A DNA stretch of 64,000 nt from Blastomonas sp. (GCF_046294995.1 NZ_JBKBOG010000001.1:740582-804581); one strand, 5' to 3'; positions 1 to 9,367 are shown, counted from the stretch's first letter. Numbers and translations: made by a program. Notes: generated by a model not told the origin, from the letters alone.

Positions 1-2
1 CG

Positions 3-1838
3 GTGACGATCTCGGGCGTCGAGGATTACGCCAGCGCGCTGCGTGCGGCGCACGTCATCGTCGACCATGACGAGCGCGCGAGCATCATCCGTGACGGCGC
101 GGCCAAGGCGGCGACCGACGCGGGCTACGTGCTGGTCGAGGACGAGGGGCTGGTCGTCGAAAACGCCGGGCTCACCGAATGGCCGGTGCCTTTGCTGGGC
201 CGCTATGACCCCGCGTTTCTCGAGGTCCCGCCCGAGGTCATCCAGCTCACCACCCGGATCAACCAGAAATATTTCGTCTGTGTAAATCCTCCCCGAGCTC
301 GTCTCGGGGAGGGGGACCAGCCGCAGGCTGGTGGAGGGGCTCTTGCCTCTACACTCGCCCCCGCGTTCGTCTGCACTGCGAACATTGCGGCGCACGATGG
401 CGGCAAGGCGATCGTCGCGGGCAACGAGAAGGTGCTCGCGGCGCGGTTGAGCGATGCGCGGTTCTTCTGGGAACTCGACCAGAAGAAGACGCTCGCGCAG
501 CATGCCGAGAAGCTGCAGGCAATTGTGTTCCACGAGAAGCTGGGCACGGTGGCCGACAAGGTCGAGCGGGTTGCGAAGCTCGCGCGGTGGTTGTGCGAAG
601 AGGGTATCGTCAAATCCTCCCCGAGCTTGCTCGGGGAGGGGGACCATGCGCAGCATGGTGGAGGGGCTCTTGGCGAGGTCGAAGGGACGAAGAACCCCTC
701 CACCCCCGGCTTCGCCGGCGGTCCCCCTCCCCGAGACAAGCTCGGGGAGGATTTTGGAAATCTCGCCACCCTCGCCGAACAGGCCGCGCGCCTGTGCAAG
801 GCCGATCTGGTCACCGAAATGGTCGGCGAATTCCCTGAACTTCAGGGGCTTATGGGCGGTTATTACGCAGCTAGGCAAGGTCTCGACCCCCAGGTCGCCG
901 CCGCCATCCGCGATCATTACAAGCCGGTCGGCCAGGGCGATGACGTGCCGACTGCGCCCGTGACGGTGGCGGTGAGTTTGGCGGATAAGCTGGATAGTCT
1001 GATGTGCTTTTTCGCTATTGGCGAGAAACCTACCGGTTCCAAAGATCCTTTTGCCCTGCGCCGAGCTGTTCTCAGCGTAATTCGGTTGGTGCTCGAAAAT
1101 GACTTGCGCTTCAGTCTGGATAGCACCTTGGAGACTATGACGGACGTTATTGCATCTGGCAGGAGTCCCACTGACCTCGAAGGGCAAGAACGTCGCTCCG
1201 CACTCGATGCATTGTTGCTGGATGAGATTGCGTCCGGCGATGCGGGGCTAACATGGTTCTTCGCCGACCGCCTCAAGGTCCAGCAGCGCGAAGCCGGTGT
1301 GCGTCACGACCTGATCGACGCGGTATTTGCGCTGGGCGGCGAGGACGACCTCGTCCGGCTGCTCGCGCGCGTTCATGCGCTTCAAGCCTTTGTCGAGACG
1401 GGCGAGGGGGGGAACCTGCTCGCCGGGTACAAGCGCGCAGCGAATATCTTGAAGAAGGAAGTGCCCTCTCCCCTTGAGGGGAGAGGAGGGAGCCGCGAAG
1501 CGGCGGAAGGAGAGGGGCAGTCGCCCACCTCCGCGCATTCCCCTCTCCCAACCCTCTCCCCTGAAGGGGAGAGGGCTTATGAGTTGGAGCCGGCTGAAGC
1601 CGCGCTTATATCCGCGCTCGATGACGCCGAACCGCGCGCGATCGCCGCGATCGAGGCCGAGGATTTCGAGGGCGCAATGGCTGCGCTCGCGGTTCTCCGC
1701 GCGCCGATCGATGCGTTCTTCGACGACGTGACCGTCAACGATGCCGACCCGGCCAAGCGCGCGGCGCGGCTGGGGCTGCTTGCCCGGTTCCGCGCCGCGG
1801 TTCACCGGGTTGCCGATTTTTCGAAGATCGAGGGATAA
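3..1838 (+). CDS. glyS: Glycine--tRNA ligase beta subunit (5' end outside window) with three in-frame palindromic-repeat insertion sites
   Basis: Open 611-codon frame running in from the window edge. GlyS-like segments include TEWPVPLLGRYDPAFLEVPPEVIQLTTRINQKYF, FWELDQKKTL, FHEKLGT, ADLVTEMVGEFPELQG.MGGYYA, DHYKP.G and KDPFALRR. It sits directly upstream of ppdK. Confidence 0.9.
   Translation: MTISGVEDYASALRAAHVIVDHDERASIIRDGAAKAATDAGYVLVEDEGLVVENAGLTEWPVPLLGRYDPAFLEVPPEVIQLTTRINQKYFVCVNPPRARLGEGDQPQAGGGALASTLAPAFVCTANIAAHDGGKAIVAGNEKVLAARLSDARFFWELDQKKTLAQHAEKLQAIVFHEKLGTVADKVERVAKLARWLCEEGIVKSSPSLLGEGDHAQHGGGALGEVEGTKNPSTPGFAGGPPPRDKLGEDFGNLATLAEQAARLCKADLVTEMVGEFPELQGLMGGYYAARQGLDPQVAAAIRDHYKPVGQGDDVPTAPVTVAVSLADKLDSLMCFFAIGEKPTGSKDPFALRRAVLSVIRLVLENDLRFSLDSTLETMTDVIASGRSPTDLEGQERRSALDALLLDEIASGDAGLTWFFADRLKVQQREAGVRHDLIDAVFALGGEDDLVRLLARVHALQAFVETGEGGNLLAGYKRAANILKKEVPSPLEGRGGSREAAEGEGQSPTSAHSPLPTLSPEGERAYELEPAEAALISALDDAEPRAIAAIEAEDFEGAMAALAVLRAPIDAFFDDVTVNDADPAKRAARLGLLARFRAAVHRVADFSKIEG
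284..340 (+). repeat. Palindromic repeat family A (AAATCCTCCCCGAGC..GCTCGGGGAGG..GGAGGGGC), copy inside glyS
   Basis: aaatcctccccgagctcgtctcggggagggggaccagccgcaggctggtggaggggc. Near-identical architecture to the copies at 612-667 and 63931-63988. Contains two stem-loops. Confidence 0.8.
612..667 (+). repeat. Palindromic repeat family A, copy inside glyS
   Basis: aaatcctccccgagcttgctcggggagggggaccatgcgcagcatggtggaggggc, a direct match to the family A pattern. Confidence 0.8.
694..754 (-). repeat. Palindromic repeat family A, inverted copy inside glyS
   Basis: The reverse complement reads aaatcctccccgagcttgtctcggggagggggacc...ggtggaggggtt. It forms an inverted pair with the copy at 612-667. 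Confidence 0.75.
1463..1576. repeat. Palindromic repeat family B (CCCTCTCCCC-N4-GGGGAGAGGG type), composite copy inside glyS
   Basis: Two hairpins, ccctctcccc-ttga-ggggagagg and ccctctcccc-tgaa-ggggagaggg, bracket about 60 nt. Related CCCTCCCC..GGGGAGGG hairpins occur at 4562-4599, 4682-4704 and 10057-10185. Confidence 0.7.
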
Positions 1839-1879
1839 TCTCGACCGATCATTTCATTCCTCAAGACAGGCTGAGACTG

Positions 1880-4543
1880 ATGACCAAATATGTGTACCGG
1901 TTCGGTGGCGATGCCAATGATGGTGGTGCGGGCGACAAGAATCTGCTTGGCGGCAAGGGCGCCAATCTTGATGGCATGGCCTCGATCGGCCTGCCGGTCC
2001 CCCCGGGCTTCACCATCAGCACCGAGATGTGCACGCGCTATTATGTCGATGGCGAGGTCTTCCCCGACAGCCTGAAGGCCGAGGTCGCAGACGGCCTCAA
2101 GCATATCGAAAAGGTCACCGGCAAGAACTTCGGCGATGCGGCCGATCCGCTGCTCGTCTCGGTGCGCTCGGGCGCGCGCGTTTCGATGCCCGGGATGATG
2201 GACACCGTGCTCAACCTCGGCCTCAACGACGAGACGGTTCAGGGCCTCGCCGCAGTGTCGGGCGACGAGCGCTTCGCATGGGACAGCTATCGCCGCTTCG
2301 TCCAGATGTATTCGGACGTGGTGCTGGGCCTCGATCATGGCGCGTTCGAGGAAGCGCTCGAAATCATCAAGGAAGACAACGGCTTCTACAGCGATACCGA
2401 GATGGAAGCCAAGCACTGGAAGGCGCTCGTCGGCGAATACAAGGATCTGGTGCTCGACCAGTGGGGCAAGCCGTTCCCGCAGGATGTGCATGACCAGTTG
2501 TGGGGCGCGGTCGCCGCGGTGTTCGGATCGTGGCAGTCGGACCGCGCCAAGGTCTATCGCCGGCTCAACGACATTCCGGGCGAATGGGGCACCGCGGTCA
2601 ACGTGCAGGCGATGGTGTTCGGCAACATGGGCGACACCTCGGCGACGGGCGTCGCGTTCACCCGCAACCCCTCGACCGGCGAGAACCTGTATTACGGCGA
2701 GTTCCTGATCAACGCGCAGGGCGAGGACGTCGTCGCAGGCATCCGCACGCCGCAGTACCTCACCAAACAGGCGCGCGAAGAGGCCGGAGCCAAGCCGCTG
2801 AGCATGGAAGAGGCGATGCCCGACACCTATGCCGAGCTGGCGCGGGTGTTCGACATCCTCGAAAAGCATTACCGCGACATGCAGGACATCGAGTTCACGG
2901 TGGAACGCGGCAAATTGTGGATGCTGCAGACCCGCTCGGGCAAGCGCACCGCCAAGGCGGCGCTGCGGATCGCGGTCGACATGGCCAATGAGGGCCTGAT
3001 CACCGAGGAAGAGGCGATCGCGCGCGTCGATCCGATGGCGCTCGACCAGTTGCTCCACCCCTCGCTCGATCCCGATGCGGTGCGCGATGTGTTGACCAAG
3101 GGCCTGCCGGCCTCACCGGGCGCAGCGAGTGGCGTGATCGTGTTCGACGCCGACACCGCCGAGCGTCGCAACGAGATGGGCGATGCGGTGATCCTGGTGC
3201 GGATCGAGACCAGCCCCGAGGACATCCACGGCATGCACGCGGCGCGCGGCATTCTCACCGCGCGCGGTGGCATGACCAGCCACGCCGCCGTGGTCGCTCG
3301 CGGCATGGGCCGCCCCTGCGTCTCGGGCGCGGGCAGCCTGTCGATCGACACCAAGGAGCGCGTGCTGCGCATCGGCGCACGCGAATTGCGCGAGGGCGAC
3401 ACGATCACGCTCGACGGCACCACCGGTGAGGTGATGCTGGGCCTGGTCCCCACCGTGCAGCCCGAGCTGGTCGGTGATTTCGGCGTGCTGATGGGCTGGG
3501 CCGACAAGGTCCGCCGCCTCAAGGTGCGCACCAATGCCGAAACCCCCGAGGATTGCCGCGTCGCGCGCGACTTTGGCGCCGAGGGTATCGGGCTGTGCCG
3601 CACCGAGCACATGTTCTTCGAGGCAAGCCGCATTACAAATGTGCGCCAGATGATCCTCGCCGAGGACGAAGCGGGCAGGCGGGCTGCGCTCGAAAAGCTG
3701 CTGCCCGAGCAGCGCGCCGACTTCCACAGCATTTTCGAGGTGATGGCGGGGCTTCCCGTCACCATCCGCCTGCTCGATCCGCCGCTGCACGAGTTCCTGC
3801 CGCATAGCGAGAGCGAGTTTGCCGAAGTCGCAGCTGCCGCTGGCGTCGGGGTCGAGGTGCTCAAGCGTCGCGCCAACGAGCTGCACGAGTTCAACCCCAT
3901 GCTGGGCCACCGCGGCTGTCGTCTTGGCGTGACGTACCCTGAGATCTACGAGATCCAGGCGCGTGCGATCTTCGAGGCGGCGTGCGATGTCGCAACGGCG
4001 AGCGGTGCCGCGCCGATCCCCGAGGTGATGATCCCGTTGGTCGCCACGCGGCGCGAGCTCGAGCTGATGAAGAAGGTGGTCGATACCGCCGCCGAAGCGG
4101 TGTTCGCCGAAAAGGGCATGCGGATCGAGTATCTGGTCGGCACGATGATCGAATTGCCGCGCGCCGCGCTGATGGCCGACGAAATCGCCGAGGTCGGCGA
4201 GTTCTTCAGCTTCGGCACCAATGATCTGACGCAGACAACGCTTGGCGTTAGCCGCGACGATGCGGGCCGCTTCCTCACGCAATATGTCGACAAGGGCATC
4301 TTCGCGCGCGATCCGTTCGTCAGCCTCGATATCGAGGGCGTCGGCCAGCTGATAGAGATCGCGGTGACCAAAGGCCGCAAGACCCGCCCCGACATCAAGC
4401 TGGGCATCTGCGGCGAACATGGCGGCGATCCTGCGAGCATCGCGTTTTGCGAGAAGGTCGGCCTCGATTACGTCAGCGCGTCTCCGTACCGCGTGCCGAT
4501 CGCGCGGCTGGCAGCAGCGCAGGCGGCGCTGAAGAAGGGTTGA
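1880..4543 (+). CDS. ppdK: Pyruvate, phosphate dikinase
   Basis: 887 aa. MTKYVYRFGG..GGKGANL N-terminus, catalytic-His region GGMTSHAAVVARGMG, C-terminal PEP-utilising region GICGEHGGDP. Confidence 0.97.
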   Translation: MTKYVYRFGGDANDGGAGDKNLLGGKGANLDGMASIGLPVPPGFTISTEMCTRYYVDGEVFPDSLKAEVADGLKHIEKVTGKNFGDAADPLLVSVRSGARVSMPGMMDTVLNLGLNDETVQGLAAVSGDERFAWDSYRRFVQMYSDVVLGLDHGAFEEALEIIKEDNGFYSDTEMEAKHWKALVGEYKDLVLDQWGKPFPQDVHDQLWGAVAAVFGSWQSDRAKVYRRLNDIPGEWGTAVNVQAMVFGNMGDTSATGVAFTRNPSTGENLYYGEFLINAQGEDVVAGIRTPQYLTKQAREEAGAKPLSMEEAMPDTYAELARVFDILEKHYRDMQDIEFTVERGKLWMLQTRSGKRTAKAALRIAVDMANEGLITEEEAIARVDPMALDQLLHPSLDPDAVRDVLTKGLPASPGAASGVIVFDADTAERRNEMGDAVILVRIETSPEDIHGMHAARGILTARGGMTSHAAVVARGMGRPCVSGAGSLSIDTKERVLRIGARELREGDTITLDGTTGEVMLGLVPTVQPELVGDFGVLMGWADKVRRLKVRTNAETPEDCRVARDFGAEGIGLCRTEHMFFEASRITNVRQMILAEDEAGRRAALEKLLPEQRADFHSIFEVMAGLPVTIRLLDPPLHEFLPHSESEFAEVAAAAGVGVEVLKRRANELHEFNPMLGHRGCRLGVTYPEIYEIQARAIFEAACDVATASGAAPIPEVMIPLVATRRELELMKKVVDTAAEAVFAEKGMRIEYLVGTMIELPRAALMADEIAEVGEFFSFGTNDLTQTTLGVSRDDAGRFLTQYVDKGIFARDPFVSLDIEGVGQLIEIAVTKGRKTRPDIKLGICGEHGGDPASIAFCEKVGLDYVSASPYRVPIARLAAAQAALKKG

Positions 4544-4561
4544 GGAATACGATTTTCTAAA

Positions 4562-4599
4562 GCCCTCCCCCTTGATGGGGGAGGGTTGGGTGGGGGTGA
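4562..4599. repeat. Palindromic repeat family B-like hairpin downstream of ppdK
   Basis: gccctccccc-ttga-tgggggagggttgggtgggggtga. Perfect stem with no U-tract, so it may act as a REP or terminator-like element. Confidence 0.6.
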
Positions 4600-4681
4600 T
4601 CTCTCCGGATTGTGTGGCATCACCCGGACGCGCCATCACCCTCACCGCTGCGACTAAGGCAGCAAGCTGCCAAGTCTCGCT

Positions 4682-4704
4682 GCCTCCCCCATCGAGGGGG
4701 AGGC
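4682..4704. repeat. Palindromic repeat family B-like hairpin
   Basis: gcctccccc-atcga-gggggaggc. Confidence 0.55.
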
Positions 4705-4795
4705 GTTTGTTTGCGCACTCCACTGCCCCCCACGCATCCCCGCTTGCCTGCACCCTCAAACTTCCGCCATAGGCACTGTCGAAAAGGGATAGGGT

Positions 4796-5374
4796 ATGCA
4801 CCAGGGCTTTCGTTACGGGTTGATGCTGGTCGCCGGGCTGGCGCTTGGCGCGGGTGCGGCGGTGGCGCAGCTGCGCCAGAGCTTTGCCGCAGACGGCATC
4901 CGCAACGGTCCGTGGACGACAGGCAGCGAGGTCGGCACCGACGATGCCAGCGTCGGTACCCGCGCCTCTATTGCGCTGCGCGGGTTGCTGGCGCTGCCCG
5001 AAACCGAGGCGATCTATTTCAACGCTTCCACTGACAGCCAGGACCGCAAGCTCACCGGAGAATGCCGCTATCGGGTCACGGGCGGCAAGCTCGATGCGCG
5101 GTGGTGGAGCCTGACATTGTACGATGAAGCGGGCTATCTGGTCCCCAATTCGACGAGAAGCTATTCGCTGGGCAGCGCGGCGCTTAACCCTGCCGAGGCA
5201 GATCGCTGGCAGGTGGACATCGCACGAGATCCCGAGGGGCCGCACTGGATCGCGATGCCCGACGACCGGCCGTTCGAGCTGACGCTGCGCGCCTATCACC
5301 CCTCACCAGAACTGCTGGCCGCGCGCGGCACGGTGGCGCTGCCGCGCATCGAGCGGATGGAGTGCAGGCCATGA
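4796..5374 (+). CDS. DUF1214-like secreted/membrane-anchored protein
   Basis: Signal-like N-terminus MHQGFRYGLMLVAGLALGAGAAVA. The core EAIYFNASTD..KLTGECRYRV..ARWWSLTLYDEAGYLVPN matches my recollection of the DUF1214 signature (..FWSlTvYd..). Confidence 0.65.
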   Translation: MHQGFRYGLMLVAGLALGAGAAVAQLRQSFAADGIRNGPWTTGSEVGTDDASVGTRASIALRGLLALPETEAIYFNASTDSQDRKLTGECRYRVTGGKLDARWWSLTLYDEAGYLVPNSTRSYSLGSAALNPAEADRWQVDIARDPEGPHWIAMPDDRPFELTLRAYHPSPELLAARGTVALPRIERMECRP

Positions 5375-5898
5375 ACCGGTGGATCGGTCCCTCGATCGCA
5401 GGCGTGCTCGCTGCGTTTGCCGCTTGGTATGGCACCCTGGCGGCGACCCCGATGGTGATCATGGATCAGGCATGGGAGAGGCTGGCGGCGCAATCGGGCT
5501 TCAACCAGATGTCGCACGCGCCGCTGATGACCGCAGAGAGCCAGACGATCGTGCGGCCCAGCCCTGATCTCGCGTATTCGGTCTGCGCGTTCGATCTGAC
5601 GCACGGCCCGGTCAAGGTTCATGCCCATCCGGTGCCCGGCCATTACTGGTCGCTGACCGTGTTCGACAGCGAGACCGATGTCGCCTTTGTCGAGAGCGAC
5701 CGCGACAGCAAGGGCGCGCCGGTGGAGATCGTGCTGGGCACTGCGGATCAGACGGTGCGGGGCGGCGTTCGCAAGGTCACGATGCCCAGCGAAAAGGGCG
5801 TTGCCCTGCTGCGCGTGCTGCTCAACGATCGTGCGGAGTTCGGCGCGGTGACGCGGTACCGCAAGCAGTCCTACTGTCGGCCAATCGCACAGGGCTAA
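5362..5898 (+). CDS. DUF1254-like protein
   Basis: PSPDLAYSVCAFDLTHGPVKVHAHPVPGHYWSLTVFD resembles the DUF1254 signature. Its start overlaps the stop region of the upstream gene by 13 nt. Confidence 0.65.
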   Translation: MQAMNRWIGPSIAGVLAAFAAWYGTLAATPMVIMDQAWERLAAQSGFNQMSHAPLMTAESQTIVRPSPDLAYSVCAFDLTHGPVKVHAHPVPGHYWSLTVFDSETDVAFVESDRDSKGAPVEIVLGTADQTVRGGVRKVTMPSEKGVALLRVLLNDRAEFGAVTRYRKQSYCRPIAQG

Positions 5899-5902
5899 AC
5901 CC

Positions 5903-5985
5903 CGTCATTCCCGCGCACGCGGGAATCCCGCTTTGGCGAAACGGTTGCGCAAAAGCGGGACCCCCGCGTGCGGGGGGGTGACGAT
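5903..5985. repeat. Palindromic repeat family C (GTCATTCCCGCG-N3-CGCGGGAAT type)
   Basis: cgtcattcccgcg-cac-gcgggaatcc followed by cccccgc-gtg-cggggg. A related element lies at 59154-59232. Confidence 0.6.
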
Positions 5986-6105
5986 GAAAGGAAAATCATC
6001 GGCCCGCCTAGACAACCGCGCCTCTCCCCTGCATAGCTGTTTAACCGGACGATTAAACGAGCGCGAATCCAGCCGCGCCGCATCGCCCGGCAATGCAGGA
6101 GAGAG

Positions 6106-7323
6106 ATGATGCCGTCCCGCCCCACACCCGCCGAGCTGGCCGAATACGAAGCCCAGGCCGACGCCTGGTTCCGTGAGAACACGCCCAAGGATCCCGGCTT
6201 CATGCTGCCGCTGACCTTCATGGAGGTGAGCACCGACCAGCAGTTCGAGTTCCTGTGCGCCTGGCAGCGCAAGGTCTATGAGGCGGGCTATCTCGGCGCG
6301 AGCTGGCCTGTCGAATATGGCGGCGGCGGCCTGCACCCCGATTTCCAGCGGATCGCCACCAAGGTGATGAAGAAGTACGATGGCCCGATCATGCTCAACG
6401 CGATCGGCATCGGCTGGGCCGGACCGCTGATCATGGATATCGGCAGCGAGGAAGAGAAAAAGAAGTACATCAAGGGGATGCTCAACGCAGAGGATATCTG
6501 GTGTCAGGGTTTCTCCGAGCCCGAAAACGGCTCAGACCTCGGCAATGCGCAACTGAAGGCCGTCCGTGATGGCGACGAATATGTGCTCAATGGCTCCAAG
6601 ATCTGGACCTCGCTGGGTGACCGCGCCAAGTACATGATCCTGCTCGCGCGCACCTCGAACGAGGGGCCGAACAAATACGCCGGCCTCAGCTTCTTCCTCT
6701 CGCCGATGCACGCGCCGGGGATCGAGACGCGGCGGATCAAGAAGCTCACCGGAGAGTACGGCTTCGTCCAGTGCTTCTTCACCGATGCCCGCATCCCCGC
6801 CGAATGCCTGATGGGCAACGAAGGCGATGGCTGGCAGATCGCGATGAAGACGCTGGAATATGAGCGCGGTGCCAAGGTGAACCTTGCGGGTGGGTACTTC
6901 CTCAAGGAGCTCGACGCGATGGGCGTGGTCGAGCTCGCGCGGCAGTCGCAGCGCGGCGGCAAGCCCTTGCTTGACGATCCGGTGATGAAGGACCGGATGG
7001 TCGATTTCATGATGGATATCCAGGCGCTCAACCTCAACAACCAGCGCCGCCGCATGGGGCCTTTGGTGCAGGACCGCCCGATGGGCCTGGCGCTGATGAA
7101 CAAGCTTGCGCGCACCGAGATGATCCGCGAGCTCACCGAGTTCTCGCTGAGCTTCCAGGGTACGCGCGGCGGATATTATGTCGATGATCCGTGCGCGGTG
7201 GACAATGGCTATTGGCACCGCAGCTATCTCAACAGCTTCTCCGCCACGATCGGCGGCGGCACCTCCGAGATCCAGCGCAACATTATCGCCGAGCATGTGC
7301 TCGGCCTGCCGAAAGGGCGCTAA
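6106..7323 (+). CDS. Acyl-CoA dehydrogenase family protein
   Basis: 405 aa. GASWPVEYGGGG, CQGFSEPENGSDL, GSKIWTS and C-terminal IGGGTSEIQRNIIAE motifs. SD-like ggagaga lies upstream of the ATG. Confidence 0.9.
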   Translation: MMPSRPTPAELAEYEAQADAWFRENTPKDPGFMLPLTFMEVSTDQQFEFLCAWQRKVYEAGYLGASWPVEYGGGGLHPDFQRIATKVMKKYDGPIMLNAIGIGWAGPLIMDIGSEEEKKKYIKGMLNAEDIWCQGFSEPENGSDLGNAQLKAVRDGDEYVLNGSKIWTSLGDRAKYMILLARTSNEGPNKYAGLSFFLSPMHAPGIETRRIKKLTGEYGFVQCFFTDARIPAECLMGNEGDGWQIAMKTLEYERGAKVNLAGGYFLKELDAMGVVELARQSQRGGKPLLDDPVMKDRMVDFMMDIQALNLNNQRRRMGPLVQDRPMGLALMNKLARTEMIRELTEFSLSFQGTRGGYYVDDPCAVDNGYWHRSYLNSFSATIGGGTSEIQRNIIAEHVLGLPKGR

Positions 7324-7326
7324 CTT

Positions 7327-8472
7327 ATGGCCTTCAGCGAAGGAAATCTCGCCGACCATCTCGGCGGGCTGAGCTACAGCGAAGAGCAGATCGAGCTGAT
7401 GGATGTCGCGACCAATTTCTGTCGCGACAAGTCGCCGATCGACAAGGTGCGCAAGCTGATCGACGACGAACATGGCTATGATCCTGCGATCTGGCAGGAG
7501 ATCGTCGATCTCGGCTGGCTGGGCATCGCCGTCCCCGAAGCGCAGGGTGGCGTCGGCTTGTCGATGGCCGAGGTCGCGCCGATCGCCGAGCAGATGGGTC
7601 GGCGGCTGCTCGCCACGCCGTTTGCAACCTGCACCATCGCCGCGCAGGCGCTGCTCGCGGCGGGTGACGAGGCGCAGTGCGGTGAATGGCTGCCGCGGAT
7701 TGTCGCGGGCGAAGTGGCGACGTTGGCGCTGAGCGAGCCGCATGGCGACTGGAACCTTGCCCATGTCGAGGCAACCGCCAAGGCCAGCGGCAGCGGATAT
7801 GTGCTTTCAGGCACCAAGCAGTTTGTCGCTTATGCGCGTGATGCCGCGTTGATCATCGCCACGGTGCAGATTGGCGGCGCAGCCAGGCTCGCTCTGATCG
7901 AGCGCGCGCAGATTGCCGACACGGCGATGCGGCGCGAGATCATCATCGATGAAACCAAGCGCAGCTATGAACTGACTCTCGACGGCATCGAAATCGGCCC
8001 CGATGCGGTGCTCGACGCCGGACGCACCGCCAATGCGCTGACGCAGATCGAGCTTGCGAGTGCTTTGTTGCAGGCCGCCGAAATGTGCGGCGGGACGCAG
8101 AGCGCGATCGACTACACGATCGAGTATATGAAAACCCGCAAGCAGTTCGGCAAATTGATCGGCGAATATCAGGCGCTCAAGCACCCGATCACCAACGCCT
8201 ATGTGGCGTATGAAAAGGCACGCTCGCACATGCTCAGCGCCGCGCACAATTTCGGCCAGCAGGGCGTCGGCGAGATCGCGGTGCGCATGGCCAAGGCGTC
8301 CGCCGACAAGGCCTACAGCTTCGCCGCCGACCGCGCGGTGCAGTTCCACGGCGGCTTCGGTTTCACGCACGATTGCGACGCCGGGCTCTACCGCCGCAGC
8401 GCGATCTGGCACGCCAGCCAGTACGGCGATGCCGCCTGGCATCGCGCGAAGCTCGCGGATCTGCTGTTCTAG
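7327..8472 (+). CDS. Acyl-CoA dehydrogenase family protein (second subunit/paralogue)
   Basis: 381 aa. LSEPHGDWN, SGTKQFV, R.QFGK.IG.YQALKH and VQFHGGFGFT motifs. Starts 4 nt after the upstream stop. Confidence 0.85.
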   Translation: MAFSEGNLADHLGGLSYSEEQIELMDVATNFCRDKSPIDKVRKLIDDEHGYDPAIWQEIVDLGWLGIAVPEAQGGVGLSMAEVAPIAEQMGRRLLATPFATCTIAAQALLAAGDEAQCGEWLPRIVAGEVATLALSEPHGDWNLAHVEATAKASGSGYVLSGTKQFVAYARDAALIIATVQIGGAARLALIERAQIADTAMRREIIIDETKRSYELTLDGIEIGPDAVLDAGRTANALTQIELASALLQAAEMCGGTQSAIDYTIEYMKTRKQFGKLIGEYQALKHPITNAYVAYEKARSHMLSAAHNFGQQGVGEIAVRMAKASADKAYSFAADRAVQFHGGFGFTHDCDAGLYRRSAIWHASQYGDAAWHRAKLADLLF

Positions 8473-8493
8473 CGCGCGCCGGAAGACCCATAA

Positions 8494-8560
8494 CTTCGCG
8501 TCTTCGCGTCTTCGCGTGAAACAAAAGACTGGGTTCACGCGAAGGCGCGAAGCCGCGAAG
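8494..8560. repeat. Palindromic repeat family D (CTTCGCGTCTTCGCGTGAA / TTCACGCGAAGGCGCGAAG)
   Basis: Inverted repeat cttcgcgtcttcgcgtcttcgcgtgaa ... ttcacgcgaaggcgcgaagccgcgaag, between the acyl-CoA dehydrogenase and hydratase genes. Confidence 0.6.
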
Positions 8561-8608
8561 AAGAGATGACATGTTCCGGCTGCGCCGGTTTTGATCTGGA
8601 GAATTCTT

Positions 8609-9367
8609 ATGTCTGAAGTGCAAACCCTGGCCGACGATGGCGTCCTCATCATCACGATCAACCGGCCCGAAGCCAAGAACGCGGTCAACCGCGCGGTGGC
8701 CGAGGGCATGGCGGCGGCGCTCGAGGAACTGGACGCCAACGATGCCCTGCGCGTCGGCATCATCAAGGGGGCGGGCGGCACGTTTTGCTCGGGCATGGAT
8801 CTGAAGGCGTTCCTCACCGGCGAGCTTCCGGTGGTCAAGGGCAAGGGCTTTTGCGGTTTCGTCGAAGCACCGCCCAGGAAGCCGCTGATCGCCGCGGTGG
8901 ATGGCTATGCGCTGGCGGGCGGGATGGAGGTCGCGCTGACCTGCGACCTGATCGTCGCCAACGCCAAGGCGCAGTTCGGCATCCCCGAAACCAAGCGCGG
9001 CCTCGCGGCGGCTGCCGGCGGCCTGATGCGCCTGCCGCGCCAGGTGCCGCCGCGCATCGCGATGGAACTGGCGCTGACCGGCGACTTCATCTCGGCAAAG
9101 CGCGCCTACGAGATCGGCTTCGTCAACCGCGTGGTCGAAGGCCCGGCGATCGAAGGCGCGCTCGAACTCGCACACAAGATCAGCGCCAACGGCCCGCTCG
9201 CGGTCCGCGTCTCCAAGCAGGTGATCGTCGAATCGCGCGGCTGGAGCAATGAGGAAATGTGGGCCAAGCAGCAGGAACTCGTGGGCCAGGTGATGGTGTC
9301 GCAGGATGCCCGCGAGGGCGCGTCCGCGTTTGCGCAGAAGAGGGCGCCGAACTGGACGGGGAAGTAA
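8609..9367 (+). CDS. Enoyl-CoA hydratase/isomerase (crotonase) family
   Basis: ITINRPEAKNAV, FCSGMDLK and ALAGGMEVAL crotonase motifs. The ATG at 8609 is chosen over the TTG at 8591. Confidence 0.9.
   Translation: MSEVQTLADDGVLIITINRPEAKNAVNRAVAEGMAAALEELDANDALRVGIIKGAGGTFCSGMDLKAFLTGELPVVKGKGFCGFVEAPPRKPLIAAVDGYALAGGMEVALTCDLIVANAKAQFGIPETKRGLAAAAGGLMRLPRQVPPRIAMELALTGDFISAKRAYEIGFVNRVVEGPAIEGALELAHKISANGPLAVRVSKQVIVESRGWSNEEMWAKQQELVGQVMVSQDAREGASAFAQKRAPNWTGK

Noticed and set aside
1802-5299. Long ORFs antisense to ppdK (1802-3058, 2869-3900 and 3113-5299, all minus strand)
   Set aside because: These are typical shadow ORFs of high-GC DNA. They are Arg/Ala/Gly/His-rich, carry no recognisable motifs and fully overlap an unambiguous ppdK. 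The same reasoning applies to 6532-7764(-), 10248-11225(-), 11944-13560(-), 16071-18212(+), 19153-20628(+), 21487-23148(+), 23224-24810(+), 30584-31909(-), 47016-48305(-), 51830-53035(-), 54044-55192(-), 55214-56494(-), 57151-58854(-), 59673-61391(+) and 62897-63859(+).
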